This document shows positions 8,908-18,245 of a stretch of DNA of 64,000 nucleotides, piece by piece. The position numbers and the translations under genes were made by a program. Where the stretch lies: assembly GCA_965248435.1 (NCBI GenBank), contig OZ252100.1, forward strand, positions 3,712,001-3,776,000, written 5' to 3'. The notes below the pieces were generated by a model, which saw only the letters and a list, made by a program, of their open reading frames with translations, searched no databases and was not told the DNA's origin. The stretch comes from Candidatus Latescibacterota bacterium (GTDB lineage: Bacteria; Latescibacterota; UBA2968; GCA-2709665). Each line of letters opens with the position of its first letter. Position 1 is the first letter of the stretch.

Positions 8908-10911
8908 GTGACTTCGCTGGAAAGAGACATATCATCAGTGGCACGATTGCCGGAAACACACGTCGGCCAGATTTCGGAGCGCGGCGTGACGTTTCGCGCC
9001 GTCACCCTTGGCCTCTCGATCGTGGTCCTGATCAACCTTTGGGTGACCTACTCCGTGACGATCGTGGGCTCGAGTCGGCTCAACCTGAACTACTTTCAGC
9101 TCACGCTCCTGTTCTGTTTCATTCTGCTCGTGGCCGTCGTGAACCCAATCTTCAAGTTGATTCGGAGGGGATTCGCGTTCTCCCCGTCGGAGCTTTTGGC
9201 CATCGTTGCAATCGGCATCGTGGGATCGGTGGCGCCGGCCTCTGGAATCACCGGCTTTTTTCTGGGCATCATCGGTTCTCCTTTCTATTATGCCGCGCCC
9301 GAGAATCAGTGGGCGGAGTTCTACTACCCGCACCTCAGTTCCTGGATGGTCCCCACCGATCGCGAGGCGTTGCGGGCGTTTTACGAGGGCCTTCCGAGAG
9401 GGGCGGAGGCCCCCTGGATCGTCTGGGTGGTACCGCTGGCCTGGTGGGGAAGCGTTATCCTTGCGATCCTGGTAGCGTGCGCCTGCCTGATGGTGATCCT
9501 GAGAAAGCAATGGGTCGAACACGAAAAGCTCGCCTTTCCAATGGTGGAAGTCCCCATCGAACTGGCCCGGGATGCCGATTCGTCACGTCTTTTTCCGGAG
9601 GTGATGCGGCAGAAGCTCTTCTGGGGAGCGGCACTCGCAGCCCTTGTACTGTTCGTCTGGGAGTCCTTCTCGTGGATATTTCCAGGCGTCCCAGACGTCG
9701 CCGTACTCCCCTCCGGCGGGGTCTTCCGGTTTACCCGCTACTCCCCGGCCGTCAACGTTCGGCCCTTGCAGTTCTACACGCTCGGCTTCGCCTATTTCGC
9801 CAACCTGGAGGTGCTCTTCAGCGTCTGGTTTTTTTTCCTTGTGCACGTGGTCGAGGGACACATCTTCAACCGGCTCGGACTACAGGTCGAAAAGGCCACA
9901 GACTCCTTCACGGCCGACCAGGAGATCCAGGCGTGGCAGTGCTTCGGTGCGCTGGCCTGTATGGTCATCTGGCGGCTCTGGGTATCCCGAAGTCACCTGA
10001 GAGATGTCTTTCGGAAGGCCGTGGACGGACGATATCCGGTCGACGATCGGCAGGAGATCCTTTCCTATCGTACTGCGGTGTTAGGCCTGTTGGTGAGCCT
10101 GTCCTACATCCTCTTCCTGTTGAACCAATCGGGCATGGATTTTTTCACGGCGTTCATCTTTATGGTGGGGACGGGAATCATTTATGTCGGGATGGCCAGG
10201 GTTGTTTCCGAAGCCGGCCTGGCCACGACGCAGGCACCGATCACGGCGCAGGCCTTCGTCATGGACATGTGGGGGACGGAAGTGATGTCGGGAGCCACCC
10301 TGACCTCGATCCTGCTTTCCTACTCGCTGATCGACTATATCCGCGGCCTGTTCACGCCAGGACTTGCACAATCCGTCAAGCTGGGCGATCTGATCCGGCG
10401 CAACCGGAGAATTCTGGTCTTCTGGGTCTGCGTCGGTGCGCTTGCGGGACTCGCCTCCTCGGTCTGGTTCACGCTTTTCCTGGGTCACATTCACGGGGCG
10501 CACAACTTCGCGCGCTTCGCCAGAGGCAATCCCAAAGGTGTCTTCTCATCGACCCTCGCACAGATGAAGTCGCCACAGCCGCCCCAGCTGAACCGGATGT
10601 TCTTCTTCGGGATCGGCGCAGCCCTGATGGGTCTGCTGACGTACCTTCGATACCGATTCGCCTGGTGACCGATCCATCCCCTCGGCCTGACGATCTCGGC
10701 GTCGGACAACTCCAAGTCGATCGCGATACCGGTCTTCATGGTCTGGTCGCTCAAGTTGATCCTGATACGAATCGGAGGGGTGTCCCTCTATCAAAGAGCG
10801 AAACCCCTCTTCCTGGGTCTGCTGGTCGGCTACACGCTGGGTGTCGTCTGGTGTTTTCTGGTTGATCTGATCTGGTTTCCCGGACACGGACACGGGGTGC
10901 ACGCCTGGTAA
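8908..10911 (+). pseudogene. DUF6785/DUF6784-like polytopic membrane protein (putative transporter) interrupted by an in-frame TGA at 10666..10668
   Basis: Many TM helices; RKQWVEHEKLAFP motif; frame continues RFAW*PIHPLG...YQRAKPLFLGL to TAA at 10909..10911. Confidence 0.75.
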
Positions 10912-11004
10912 CCGGGTACCGGGATAGGTAGATAGGTTACAGAGACCTGACGGTTTGGGGGCGACGCCTGCGTCGCCCCGAGAAATCAAAACACGGGTAC
11001 CGGG
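10912..11004 (+). repeat. 93-bp composite GGGTACC-arm repeat, copy A
   Basis: Near-identical to 32888, 46957 and 53845; central hairpin GGGGCGACGC-ct-GCGTCGCCCC. Confidence 0.92.
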
Positions 11005-11217
11005 ATCCGTAAAATCAAATTGCGGATTTGGGATTGCGGATTGAAAGGCGTCGTCATTGCTGAGGTTCAAAGGGAAGACGGGGTGGCAGGCATCGTGAGA
11101 GATTGCTTGCGATATCCTATCGCGCGAGCTTCATTGAGCGGGGATTCGTATTTGAGATTCATACTGTGATCGCAGATGTTTGTTCACCAACCCAAACACC
11201 TGAAGGAGTCGTAAATT

Positions 11218-11940
11218 ATGAGCACTGAAGCAGAAAAGAGAGTGGGAGGTTATCCGGATCCGCCGCAGACCCGCGAGCGCCTGGAGATGGAGACGTACGA
11301 GTATCATATGCCATTCAACTATTCGAACATTACCGTGAACCTGCGCTACCTTCGGGGCAAGGAGTTTCACGGTATAGAGTTGAATGCGATCAACTCGATC
11401 GGGGCGGACGGAGAACACCTGCCCCCCGACAATATCACGATCGAGGAAGAGGATCCGATCGTGAAGGTGGTTGTGATCGGCTCTGCGTGTACACCGCCGG
11501 GATGGGTGCAGTGCGAGGCTTTTCCGACTGAGGAGTTCTACAAACCGGTCGACGTGCCGGGCGGCGCGGCTGTGCGATACCGGGTCAACAACCTTTGGGG
11601 AACTCACCTCCGTTGTGATACATGGCTGGTAGAGGCCGATGGTGAGTTTAAAGAACACAGGGGCCGGACCTACGAAGACGTTCCCGATGCTCGCTACGCC
11701 CTCTGGCAGGGCGTGCCTGTGGATCAGGTGGATCCGAAATCGAAGAACTGGCGCATCAAGTCCCACTATCGTGAGAACCCGCTTGTGGGGATGAGCTGTG
11801 CGATCTTCGAGATCCCCAAATCCAACAAGGTGATCATCACGGGCGGATCCGAAATCTGCGCGTGGAGCGACGACAACTACCCCGATGACCTCCACTACTC
11901 GTTTCGCACGATACGGACGACACTCGCTGTGGGGAAATAG
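11218..11940 (+). CDS. Hypothetical protein, paralogue of 23477..24211
   Basis: AAGGAG RBS; typical codon usage; shares ITIEEExPIVxVxxxGSxC with its paralogue. Confidence 0.8.
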   Translation: MSTEAEKRVGGYPDPPQTRERLEMETYEYHMPFNYSNITVNLRYLRGKEFHGIELNAINSIGADGEHLPPDNITIEEEDPIVKVVVIGSACTPPGWVQCEAFPTEEFYKPVDVPGGAAVRYRVNNLWGTHLRCDTWLVEADGEFKEHRGRTYEDVPDARYALWQGVPVDQVDPKSKNWRIKSHYRENPLVGMSCAIFEIPKSNKVIITGGSEICAWSDDNYPDDLHYSFRTIRTTLAVGK

Positions 11941-11994
11941 GTACGTCCATCTGCACGATTTTAGAGTAGCTGACAGACGAAAGGAACTCATCCT

Positions 11995-12948
11995 TTGGCG
12001 ACTGTGACTGCGTGTTCTACACTTGGATTCTCGCTTTCTCCGCTGGAGGTCGCGCTGGAGCATATCTCCGCCTACGGTTTTTCGAAGGTGGAGCTTTCAG
12101 ACCAGGTGACGCACAGCCAGCACTACGGCGTCGACTCGGTGGATCCTCTGGAGGTCAAGCGCCAGCTGGACCGATACGCCCTGGAACCTGTCGCCGTCAA
12201 CGCGTGTCTGACGGCGATTTTCGACACGGGCCAGTGGGGGCGCTCGAAGCTGCCGGTCGAGCAACAATCCGGGGCCGAGACGGAAGAGATTCGGGAGGCG
12301 AAAAAGAACCTGATCTACCTCAAGGTCCACGACAGTGAAGAGGGCGCTGCCTACATCGAGCGCGTGCGGCTGATGATCGACAAGGCGAAGGTTACCGGGA
12401 TCCCGAAGGTCTGCGTACAGGGAGGCCGAAGGAAGCAGATTGAAGATGTCGAGTTCGAGCTGAAAGCCTCCGCCGAGGTGATCGATGGTTTGGCCGACTA
12501 CGCCGCGGAATGCGGCGTCAGACTCCTGATGGAGCTGCCTCACGTATGGGGGCTGTGCTACGACGTGGAGAAGTCGAAGACCATGCTCTCCTCCCTGAGG
12601 TCAGACAACGTCGGCGCGCTCATCGATTCGACGCACTGGCATACCAGCGGCTACGAGATCGAGGAGTATGTCCGATTTCTGGGCGAACGACTCTGGCACA
12701 TCCACCTGCGAGATGCGGCCGGAAAGGATACGCCGTCCGGGGACTATGAGCTGGAGAAGACACCGGGGAAAGGGGAGGTGGATTTCGCCAAGCTTGGAGA
12801 GACGTTGGACAAGTACGGATACCGCGGCGACGTCACGCTGGAGACGGAGTACAAGAATTACAACAGTCCGGACGAGGTGGACGAAGAGAACCGGTTTGCG
12901 ATGGATTATCTCAGAAGTGTGGGTTGGGAAGTGAGTTTAGAGGAGTGA
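11995..12948 (+). CDS. Sugar phosphate isomerase/epimerase (xylose isomerase-like TIM barrel)
   Basis: Metal motifs LMELPH, DSTH, HIHLRD, PGKGEVDF, TLE. Confidence 0.85.
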   Translation: MATVTACSTLGFSLSPLEVALEHISAYGFSKVELSDQVTHSQHYGVDSVDPLEVKRQLDRYALEPVAVNACLTAIFDTGQWGRSKLPVEQQSGAETEEIREAKKNLIYLKVHDSEEGAAYIERVRLMIDKAKVTGIPKVCVQGGRRKQIEDVEFELKASAEVIDGLADYAAECGVRLLMELPHVWGLCYDVEKSKTMLSSLRSDNVGALIDSTHWHTSGYEIEEYVRFLGERLWHIHLRDAAGKDTPSGDYELEKTPGKGEVDFAKLGETLDKYGYRGDVTLETEYKNYNSPDEVDEENRFAMDYLRSVGWEVSLEE

Positions 12949-12952
12949 TGGA

Positions 12953-12986
12953 CCGGGTACCGGAAAATCAATATACGGGTACCGGG
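12953..12986 (+). repeat. Short GGGTACC-arm repeat
   Basis: ccgggtaccggaaaatcaatatacgggtaccggg just after stop codon. Confidence 0.8.
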
Positions 12987-13008
12987 AAGACAAGACACGG
13001 CTTCGCCA

Positions 13009-13057
13009 GCAGGAGCCGCCCCCGTGTCTTGGCACGGGGCGTGCTCACGGCGGCGAA
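13009..13057 (+). repeat. Extended REP-like palindrome, same element as 40523..40571 (opposite strand)
   Basis: GCAGGAGCCGCC-cccgtgtcttggcacggggc...-GGCGGCGAA. Confidence 0.7.
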
Positions 13058-13087
13058 TGTCAACTTTCGGAAATCGGAGAGTGATCG

Positions 13088-14617
13088 ATGAGGTTACAGG
13101 TCCCAGGGTCGGAGTTCATCGTCGACATCGGCACGCGTAAGCAGCTGTTTGTGGATGACTACATCATCGAGACGACGCGCTGGATTGTTCCGCGACTGGC
13201 CGAGACGGCCCGATGGGTGCAGCCGCCCGCCCGAGCCCGGACCGACCTGGACGGATGGAGCGAGGCGACCGACAAAATCGAGGGAGACGTGCCGGGCCAT
13301 CTGCTCAGGGCGACGGCGTTCGTGACACGGAACATGAATCAGCCTGAGCGGTACGAGGGTAATCCGATCATGCAGAGGGCACATCCATGGGAGGGCAGGA
13401 GTGCTCCACACCCAACGGATATTATTTACGATGAAGAAGACGGGATCTGGAAGATGTGGTACCTCGGCGTGACCGTCGACGAGATCCCTGAACGGAAGAT
13501 CGTGTACAACACTATGTATGCCACGTCTGAAGACGGCATCACGTGGGAAAGACCGACGCTGGGTGTCGTAAACAGAAATGGAAACGACACGAACATCGTG
13601 AACGAATGCAAGGGTCAATTCGTTGTGAAGGACAAAGACGCAGACCCTTCCAGGCGTTACAAGATGGGTCACGGTCCGTTGCTCCACTGGGACCCCCCGA
13701 TCGAGGCCGCGATCTACCATTCCCCCGACGGGATCCACTGGACGCCCGACCCCGGTCCGACCCAGAGTGACCGTGGAGACGAGACCTTGTCTATCATGTA
13801 TGACCCCGTGAGCAAGAAGTACATCGGGTTCTGCCGGAACGCCTACCCTGAACCGCGGCTGACTCACCGGACGGAGCGATCGACCCAGAGGATGCAGAGC
13901 AATGATCTGATCCACTGGTCGATATCGGCTCCCATCATCGACAAGGACCCGCTGGATCCGTTCGACACCGACTTTTACGGTTTGCAGGGGATGTACTATG
14001 AGAGTATGTATCTGGGATTTCTTAACATTCACCGCGCGGGCCCTGATCATATGGAGGTGTGGCTGTCCCACAGTAGAGACAGTTTCCACTGGGAGCGGAT
14101 ACGGACCGGCCCGTTTCTTCCTCGAGGATCAGACGGGAGTTGGGAATGGGGCATGGCTCAAATGTTTCAGGCCCCGATGAGGGTCGGTGATGAGCTCTGG
14201 TTCTATTATACGGGCGTGGCGGGACTGCACGATGGTGGGAATGGCGCTGCGGGTCTGGGGCTGGCGAAGCTTCGCCTGGACGGGTTCGTGTCGATCGACG
14301 CGATCGACAACGCGCACAGGCGCGCAGGAAGAAACTACCCGCCGACGCTGATGACCAAGCCGCTGAAATCACCCGGCAATCGGCTCGTCGTGAACGCGGT
14401 CGCTTCAGGGGGGTATCTCGACGCGGAGTTGCTTAACACGGATGGCCACGTGATCGACGGCTATTCCAGGGCGGACTGCGACACGTTTAAAGGGGACAGC
14501 CTGGCGCATACGTTCACCTGGAAAGGGAACGCGGATATTGGTGGCTGCATTCCCATCAGAGTTCGGTTTTACATGGATAATGCGAGACTTTTCGCGCTGC
14601 AGATTCCTGAAGGATAA
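13088..14617 (+). CDS. 509-aa GH32/GH43/GH130-like five-bladed propeller protein
   Basis: KQLFVDD, NP, WKMWY, SEDGITW, SPDGIHW, LRLDGFVS motifs. Confidence 0.8.
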   Translation: MRLQVPGSEFIVDIGTRKQLFVDDYIIETTRWIVPRLAETARWVQPPARARTDLDGWSEATDKIEGDVPGHLLRATAFVTRNMNQPERYEGNPIMQRAHPWEGRSAPHPTDIIYDEEDGIWKMWYLGVTVDEIPERKIVYNTMYATSEDGITWERPTLGVVNRNGNDTNIVNECKGQFVVKDKDADPSRRYKMGHGPLLHWDPPIEAAIYHSPDGIHWTPDPGPTQSDRGDETLSIMYDPVSKKYIGFCRNAYPEPRLTHRTERSTQRMQSNDLIHWSISAPIIDKDPLDPFDTDFYGLQGMYYESMYLGFLNIHRAGPDHMEVWLSHSRDSFHWERIRTGPFLPRGSDGSWEWGMAQMFQAPMRVGDELWFYYTGVAGLHDGGNGAAGLGLAKLRLDGFVSIDAIDNAHRRAGRNYPPTLMTKPLKSPGNRLVVNAVASGGYLDAELLNTDGHVIDGYSRADCDTFKGDSLAHTFTWKGNADIGGCIPIRVRFYMDNARLFALQIPEG

Positions 14618-14618
14618 A

Positions 14619-15131
14619 GACCGGGTACAGGGGAAGCAAAACACGGGTACCGGGAGGACAAAACACGGGAAAACCCAGAAATCTCAAAAAGCTAGGTACT
14701 GGGTGGGAATATGAAAGTGAACAGCTATAAGGACCTGGACGTATGGAATAAGGGCATCGAAATCGTAGATCACGTATATGAGATCACGTCTCAGTTTCCG
14801 AAGGAAGAAACGTATGGCTTAGCAGCCCACATGCAAAAAACGGCCATATCCATACCATCAAACGTCTCGGAAGGTCACGCTCGACAACATACCAGAGAGT
14901 ATCAACAGTTTTGTCATATCGCTCTCGGTTCGTGTGCAGAATTGTTTACACAGCTAACCATCGCAAAGCGACGAAGCTATGTGTCAGAGCAAGACTTTGC
15001 GAAATTGGAAGACGAATTGGATCACGAGACTCGAATGCTCCAGAATTTGATTGGTAGTCTAAAGGATAAAACAAACAGGGAATCCTAGTCTTGATATTTT
15101 TCGGACCCCGGTACCCGGACCCCGGTACCCG
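14619..15131 (+). mobile_element. Putative cassette: GGGTACC left arm + four-helix-bundle gene + inverted right arm
   Basis: Left arm 14619..14670 (gggtaccggg units); right arm 15103..15131 (cccggtaccc x2); AT-richer interior. Confidence 0.55.
14711..15088 (+). CDS. Four helix bundle protein (23S rRNA IVS protein family)
   Basis: YKDLDVW, FPKEETYGL, SIPSNVSEG, IALGSCAEL family motifs; 125 aa. Confidence 0.92.
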   Translation: MKVNSYKDLDVWNKGIEIVDHVYEITSQFPKEETYGLAAHMQKTAISIPSNVSEGHARQHTREYQQFCHIALGSCAELFTQLTIAKRRSYVSEQDFAKLEDELDHETRMLQNLIGSLKDKTNRES

Positions 15132-15172
15132 AGATCGGGAAACAGGTTGCGTTTTTCGTTAGGAGGTCATCA

Positions 15173-16693
15173 ATGAGGTTACAGGTTCCGGGCTCAGAGC
15201 TTATCGTCGACATCGGTACGCGTAAGCAGCTGTTCGTGGATGACCACATCATCGAGACGACGCGCTGGAGTTCTCCTCGTCTCGCAGAGACGGCCCGATG
15301 GGTACAGCCGCGGGTACCCTCGTCTGCCCAGGAACGAACGAATCTGGACGGATGGAGCGAGGCAACCGACAAGATCGAAGCGGACGTACCAGGGCATCTG
15401 CTCAGAGCAACGGCGTTCGTGACCCGGACGGTGAATCAGCCCGTGCGGTACGAAGGCAATCCGATTATGGAGCGTCGACACGAATGGGAGGGCAGGTCAG
15501 CGCCGTGGCCGGCGAGGATCCTCTACGACGAAGAAGACGGGATCTGGAAGATGTGGTACTGCGGTCTGACGGTAGAAGATGTGCCCGTGCGAAGCTACAA
15601 CTATAAGGTCCTGTATGCCACCTCGGAGGACGGCATCAAGTGGGAAACGCCGCCGCTGGGCGTGGTGAAACACACCGATGGCAGCGACACGAACATCGTT
15701 TACGAGTCCAAGTGTCAATACGTCGTGAAGGATCCGGAGGCCGATCCGTCCAGACGCTACAAGATGGGTCACGGAGGAGGACAGCCGGCGGTCTTCCATT
15801 CCCCCGACGGGATCCACTGGACGCCGGACCCGGGGCCGATCAGTGCCGGGCGAGGAGACGAGACGCTTAGTATCATGTATGATCCTGTCAGCAAGAAGTA
15901 CCTTGGATTTTGTCGAAATCCGTATCCAAGTCCGATGCTGGTCCACAGGACGGAGCGATCGATCCAGAGGATGCAGAGCAACGACCTGATCCACTGGTCG
16001 ATGTCTGCGCCCGTGATCGATAAGGACGCGCTGGATCCGTTCGATACGGACTTCTACGGCATGGAGGCGATGTACTACGAGAGCATGTACCTCGGGTTCG
16101 TGAGGACACATCACACGGCGCACGACACGATGGATATGTATCTTTCGCACAGCAGGGACAGTTTCCACTGGGAACGGCTGAGAACCGGGCCCTTTCTACC
16201 CCTCGGTCCGGATGGAAGCTGGGAGTGGGGCATGTGCGCAATGTTACAGGCCCCGATGCGGGTCGGGGATGAGCACTGGGTTTACTATACCGGGACGGAC
16301 AACCGCCACGACGCGGGCGGCAACACGAAGCTCGGGCTGGCCAAGTTGCGGCTGGACGGATTCGTCTCCATCGACGCGATCGACAATTCGCACAGAAGCA
16401 CCAAGAATAATTACCCGCCTACACTGTTGACGAAACCGCTTCAATCGCCGGGCAATCGACTTGTCGTCAACGCCGTTGCGTCCGGAGGTTATATTGACGC
16501 CGAACTTCTAACCTCGGATGGATACGTTGTTGATGGCTTTTCCAGAGAGGACTGTGATACCTTCAAGGGGGACAGCCTGGCGCATACGTTTACCTGGAAG
16601 GGGAATTCGGATATCGGGGGATGTATTCCGGTCAGGATTCGGTTTTACATGGATAATGCGAAGCTTTATGCGTTGCAGATTTCCAAAGCGTAA
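15173..16693 (+). CDS. 506-aa propeller glycosidase-like protein, close paralogue of 13088..14617
   Basis: AGGAGG RBS; near-identical N-terminus and motifs. Confidence 0.82.
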   Translation: MRLQVPGSELIVDIGTRKQLFVDDHIIETTRWSSPRLAETARWVQPRVPSSAQERTNLDGWSEATDKIEADVPGHLLRATAFVTRTVNQPVRYEGNPIMERRHEWEGRSAPWPARILYDEEDGIWKMWYCGLTVEDVPVRSYNYKVLYATSEDGIKWETPPLGVVKHTDGSDTNIVYESKCQYVVKDPEADPSRRYKMGHGGGQPAVFHSPDGIHWTPDPGPISAGRGDETLSIMYDPVSKKYLGFCRNPYPSPMLVHRTERSIQRMQSNDLIHWSMSAPVIDKDALDPFDTDFYGMEAMYYESMYLGFVRTHHTAHDTMDMYLSHSRDSFHWERLRTGPFLPLGPDGSWEWGMCAMLQAPMRVGDEHWVYYTGTDNRHDAGGNTKLGLAKLRLDGFVSIDAIDNSHRSTKNNYPPTLLTKPLQSPGNRLVVNAVASGGYIDAELLTSDGYVVDGFSREDCDTFKGDSLAHTFTWKGNSDIGGCIPVRIRFYMDNAKLYALQISKA

Positions 16694-16750
16694 GGACCGG
16701 GTACCGGGGTTCAGGTACCGGGTACCGCAAGAATCAACATCAGGCGCGAC

Positions 16751-16926
16751 ATGAGCATTAAGAGTTAAAAAGACCTGGAGGTATGGAAAAAGGGCATCGA
16801 AATTGTAGATCTCGTGTATGATATAACGGCTCAGTTTCCAAGGGAAGAAACATATGGGTTAGCGGCGCATATGCAAAGAACGGCGGTATCGATACCGTCC
16901 AATGTTGCAGAAGGTCACGCTTTGCA
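16751..16926 (+). pseudogene. Four helix bundle gene remnant, flanked by GGGTACC arms (16696..16727 and inverted 16940..16958)
   Basis: MSIKS*KDLEVWKKGIEIVD...SIPSNVAEGHA: TAA at codon 6, 3' half missing. Confidence 0.88.
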
Positions 16927-16994
16927 GTGGTTCTTCGAACACCGGTACCCGGTACCCGTAATCGGTCATCTGCTGGCGATAAGAGGTAAAGGCA

Positions 16995-18245
16995 ATGAAG
17001 CTGACGGAGGAACAGCAAGCGGTTCTCGACGGCTCGAAGGGTGACTACCTGGCCAAGTGCATGCGCTGGCTGGTGGAGTGGGGCGACGCGATGGATGCGA
17101 AGCAACTCGTGCGCGTGGAAAATACCCACGCGCTGCTGCCTGTCCCAAACCTGATGGCCAAAGGAGCTTCCAAGGAAACTGTCGACCAGTATATGGCAGA
17201 CCTGAAGGAGGCGTGCAAACACCAGACGCATCCAGGATGCATCTGCACGGTACACGCCACTTTTGTGGCGCTGGACGGCATAGACGTGCCTGAAAACGAT
17301 CCGGAACAGGTTCAGATGCAGAATGAGCTGGCTGTGATGGCAGCGGACGCGGGATTCATTCCCACTTTTACGTGCGCACCCTATCTCGTCGGAAACGTCC
17401 CATTGAAGGGCGAGATCTGCGCCTGGACCGAGTCCTCCGCCGTGGTGTATGCCAACTCGATTCTGGGAGCGCGCACTGTCAGGCACGGGACAGAAAGCGC
17501 GATCGCGGCCTCGTTGCTCGGTCTTGTACCGGAGTTCGGGGTCCTTCTGGATGAAAACCGGAAGGGGACGCTGCGGATAGAGGTGACGGCCGAGCTGGAC
17601 AGTCCGACGGACTGGGGCGCACTCGGTTACTATTCAGGAAAGCTGGCCGGCCTGGGCATTCCGGTGTTCAACGGTGTCGAGCGTCCGTCGCAGGATGAAG
17701 CGAAGCAGCTCTGCGCCGCCCTCGCAACGTCCGGGGGCGTGACGATGTGCCACATCGCCGGTGTGACGCCCGAGGCGCCCACGCTCGAGGCTGCATTCCA
17801 CGACGATGTCCCCGAACCAGAGGCAGTGTTTGACGACGACACGTTGAGAGAGACCTACGAATCGCTTCGGACTCACACGGGAGATGAGATCGATTCGGTC
17901 ATTCTGGGGTGCCCCCACGCGTCTATCCAGGAACTCTCCCAGATTGCAGCCTTACTCAAAGGGAAGAAAGTCGCAGAGGGAGTGAGTCTCTGGGTGGATA
18001 CGGCCAGGGGGACGAAAGGGAACGCCGATGCGATGGGATACACAGAGACGATCGAAGCCGCTGGCGGCCGCATCCTTTGTGATACCTGTCCGACGAACAT
18101 GCGTATCCCGGCCAAACGGATCGTGACCCACGGATTCAAGCAGGCCCATTATGCCAGGGGGATGCTGGGCGCAGAGATGATCATTGCGGAGACTGAACCG
18201 TGCATTCGGGCGGCGGTGGCCGGGCGGTGGATGGGGGATGACTGA
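16995..18245 (+). CDS. Aconitase X catalytic (large) subunit, DUF521
   Basis: TFTCAPY, AWTESSAVVYANSILGART, ILGCPHAS, CDTC. Confidence 0.9.
   Translation: MKLTEEQQAVLDGSKGDYLAKCMRWLVEWGDAMDAKQLVRVENTHALLPVPNLMAKGASKETVDQYMADLKEACKHQTHPGCICTVHATFVALDGIDVPENDPEQVQMQNELAVMAADAGFIPTFTCAPYLVGNVPLKGEICAWTESSAVVYANSILGARTVRHGTESAIAASLLGLVPEFGVLLDENRKGTLRIEVTAELDSPTDWGALGYYSGKLAGLGIPVFNGVERPSQDEAKQLCAALATSGGVTMCHIAGVTPEAPTLEAAFHDDVPEPEAVFDDDTLRETYESLRTHTGDEIDSVILGCPHASIQELSQIAALLKGKKVAEGVSLWVDTARGTKGNADAMGYTETIEAAGGRILCDTCPTNMRIPAKRIVTHGFKQAHYARGMLGAEMIIAETEPCIRAAVAGRWMGDD

Noticed and set aside
10666-10710. Selenocysteine or genetic code 4/25 reading of the UGA
   Set aside because: The position corresponds to Trp, not Cys; no convincing SECIS; homologous genes in the window end interchangeably at TGA and TAA.
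8880-10865. 661-aa same-strand ORF overlapping the membrane protein gene
   Set aside because: Alternative-frame shadow. A hydrophobic gene with high GC3 rarely yields stops in this frame; the product is Arg/Pro/Gly-rich with no motifs.
14711-15088. Avd-like fold beside near-duplicate genes, suggesting a diversity-generating retroelement
   Set aside because: No reverse transcriptase in the window. Paralogue differences are largely synonymous and not adenine-specific; no TR/VR pair is evident.
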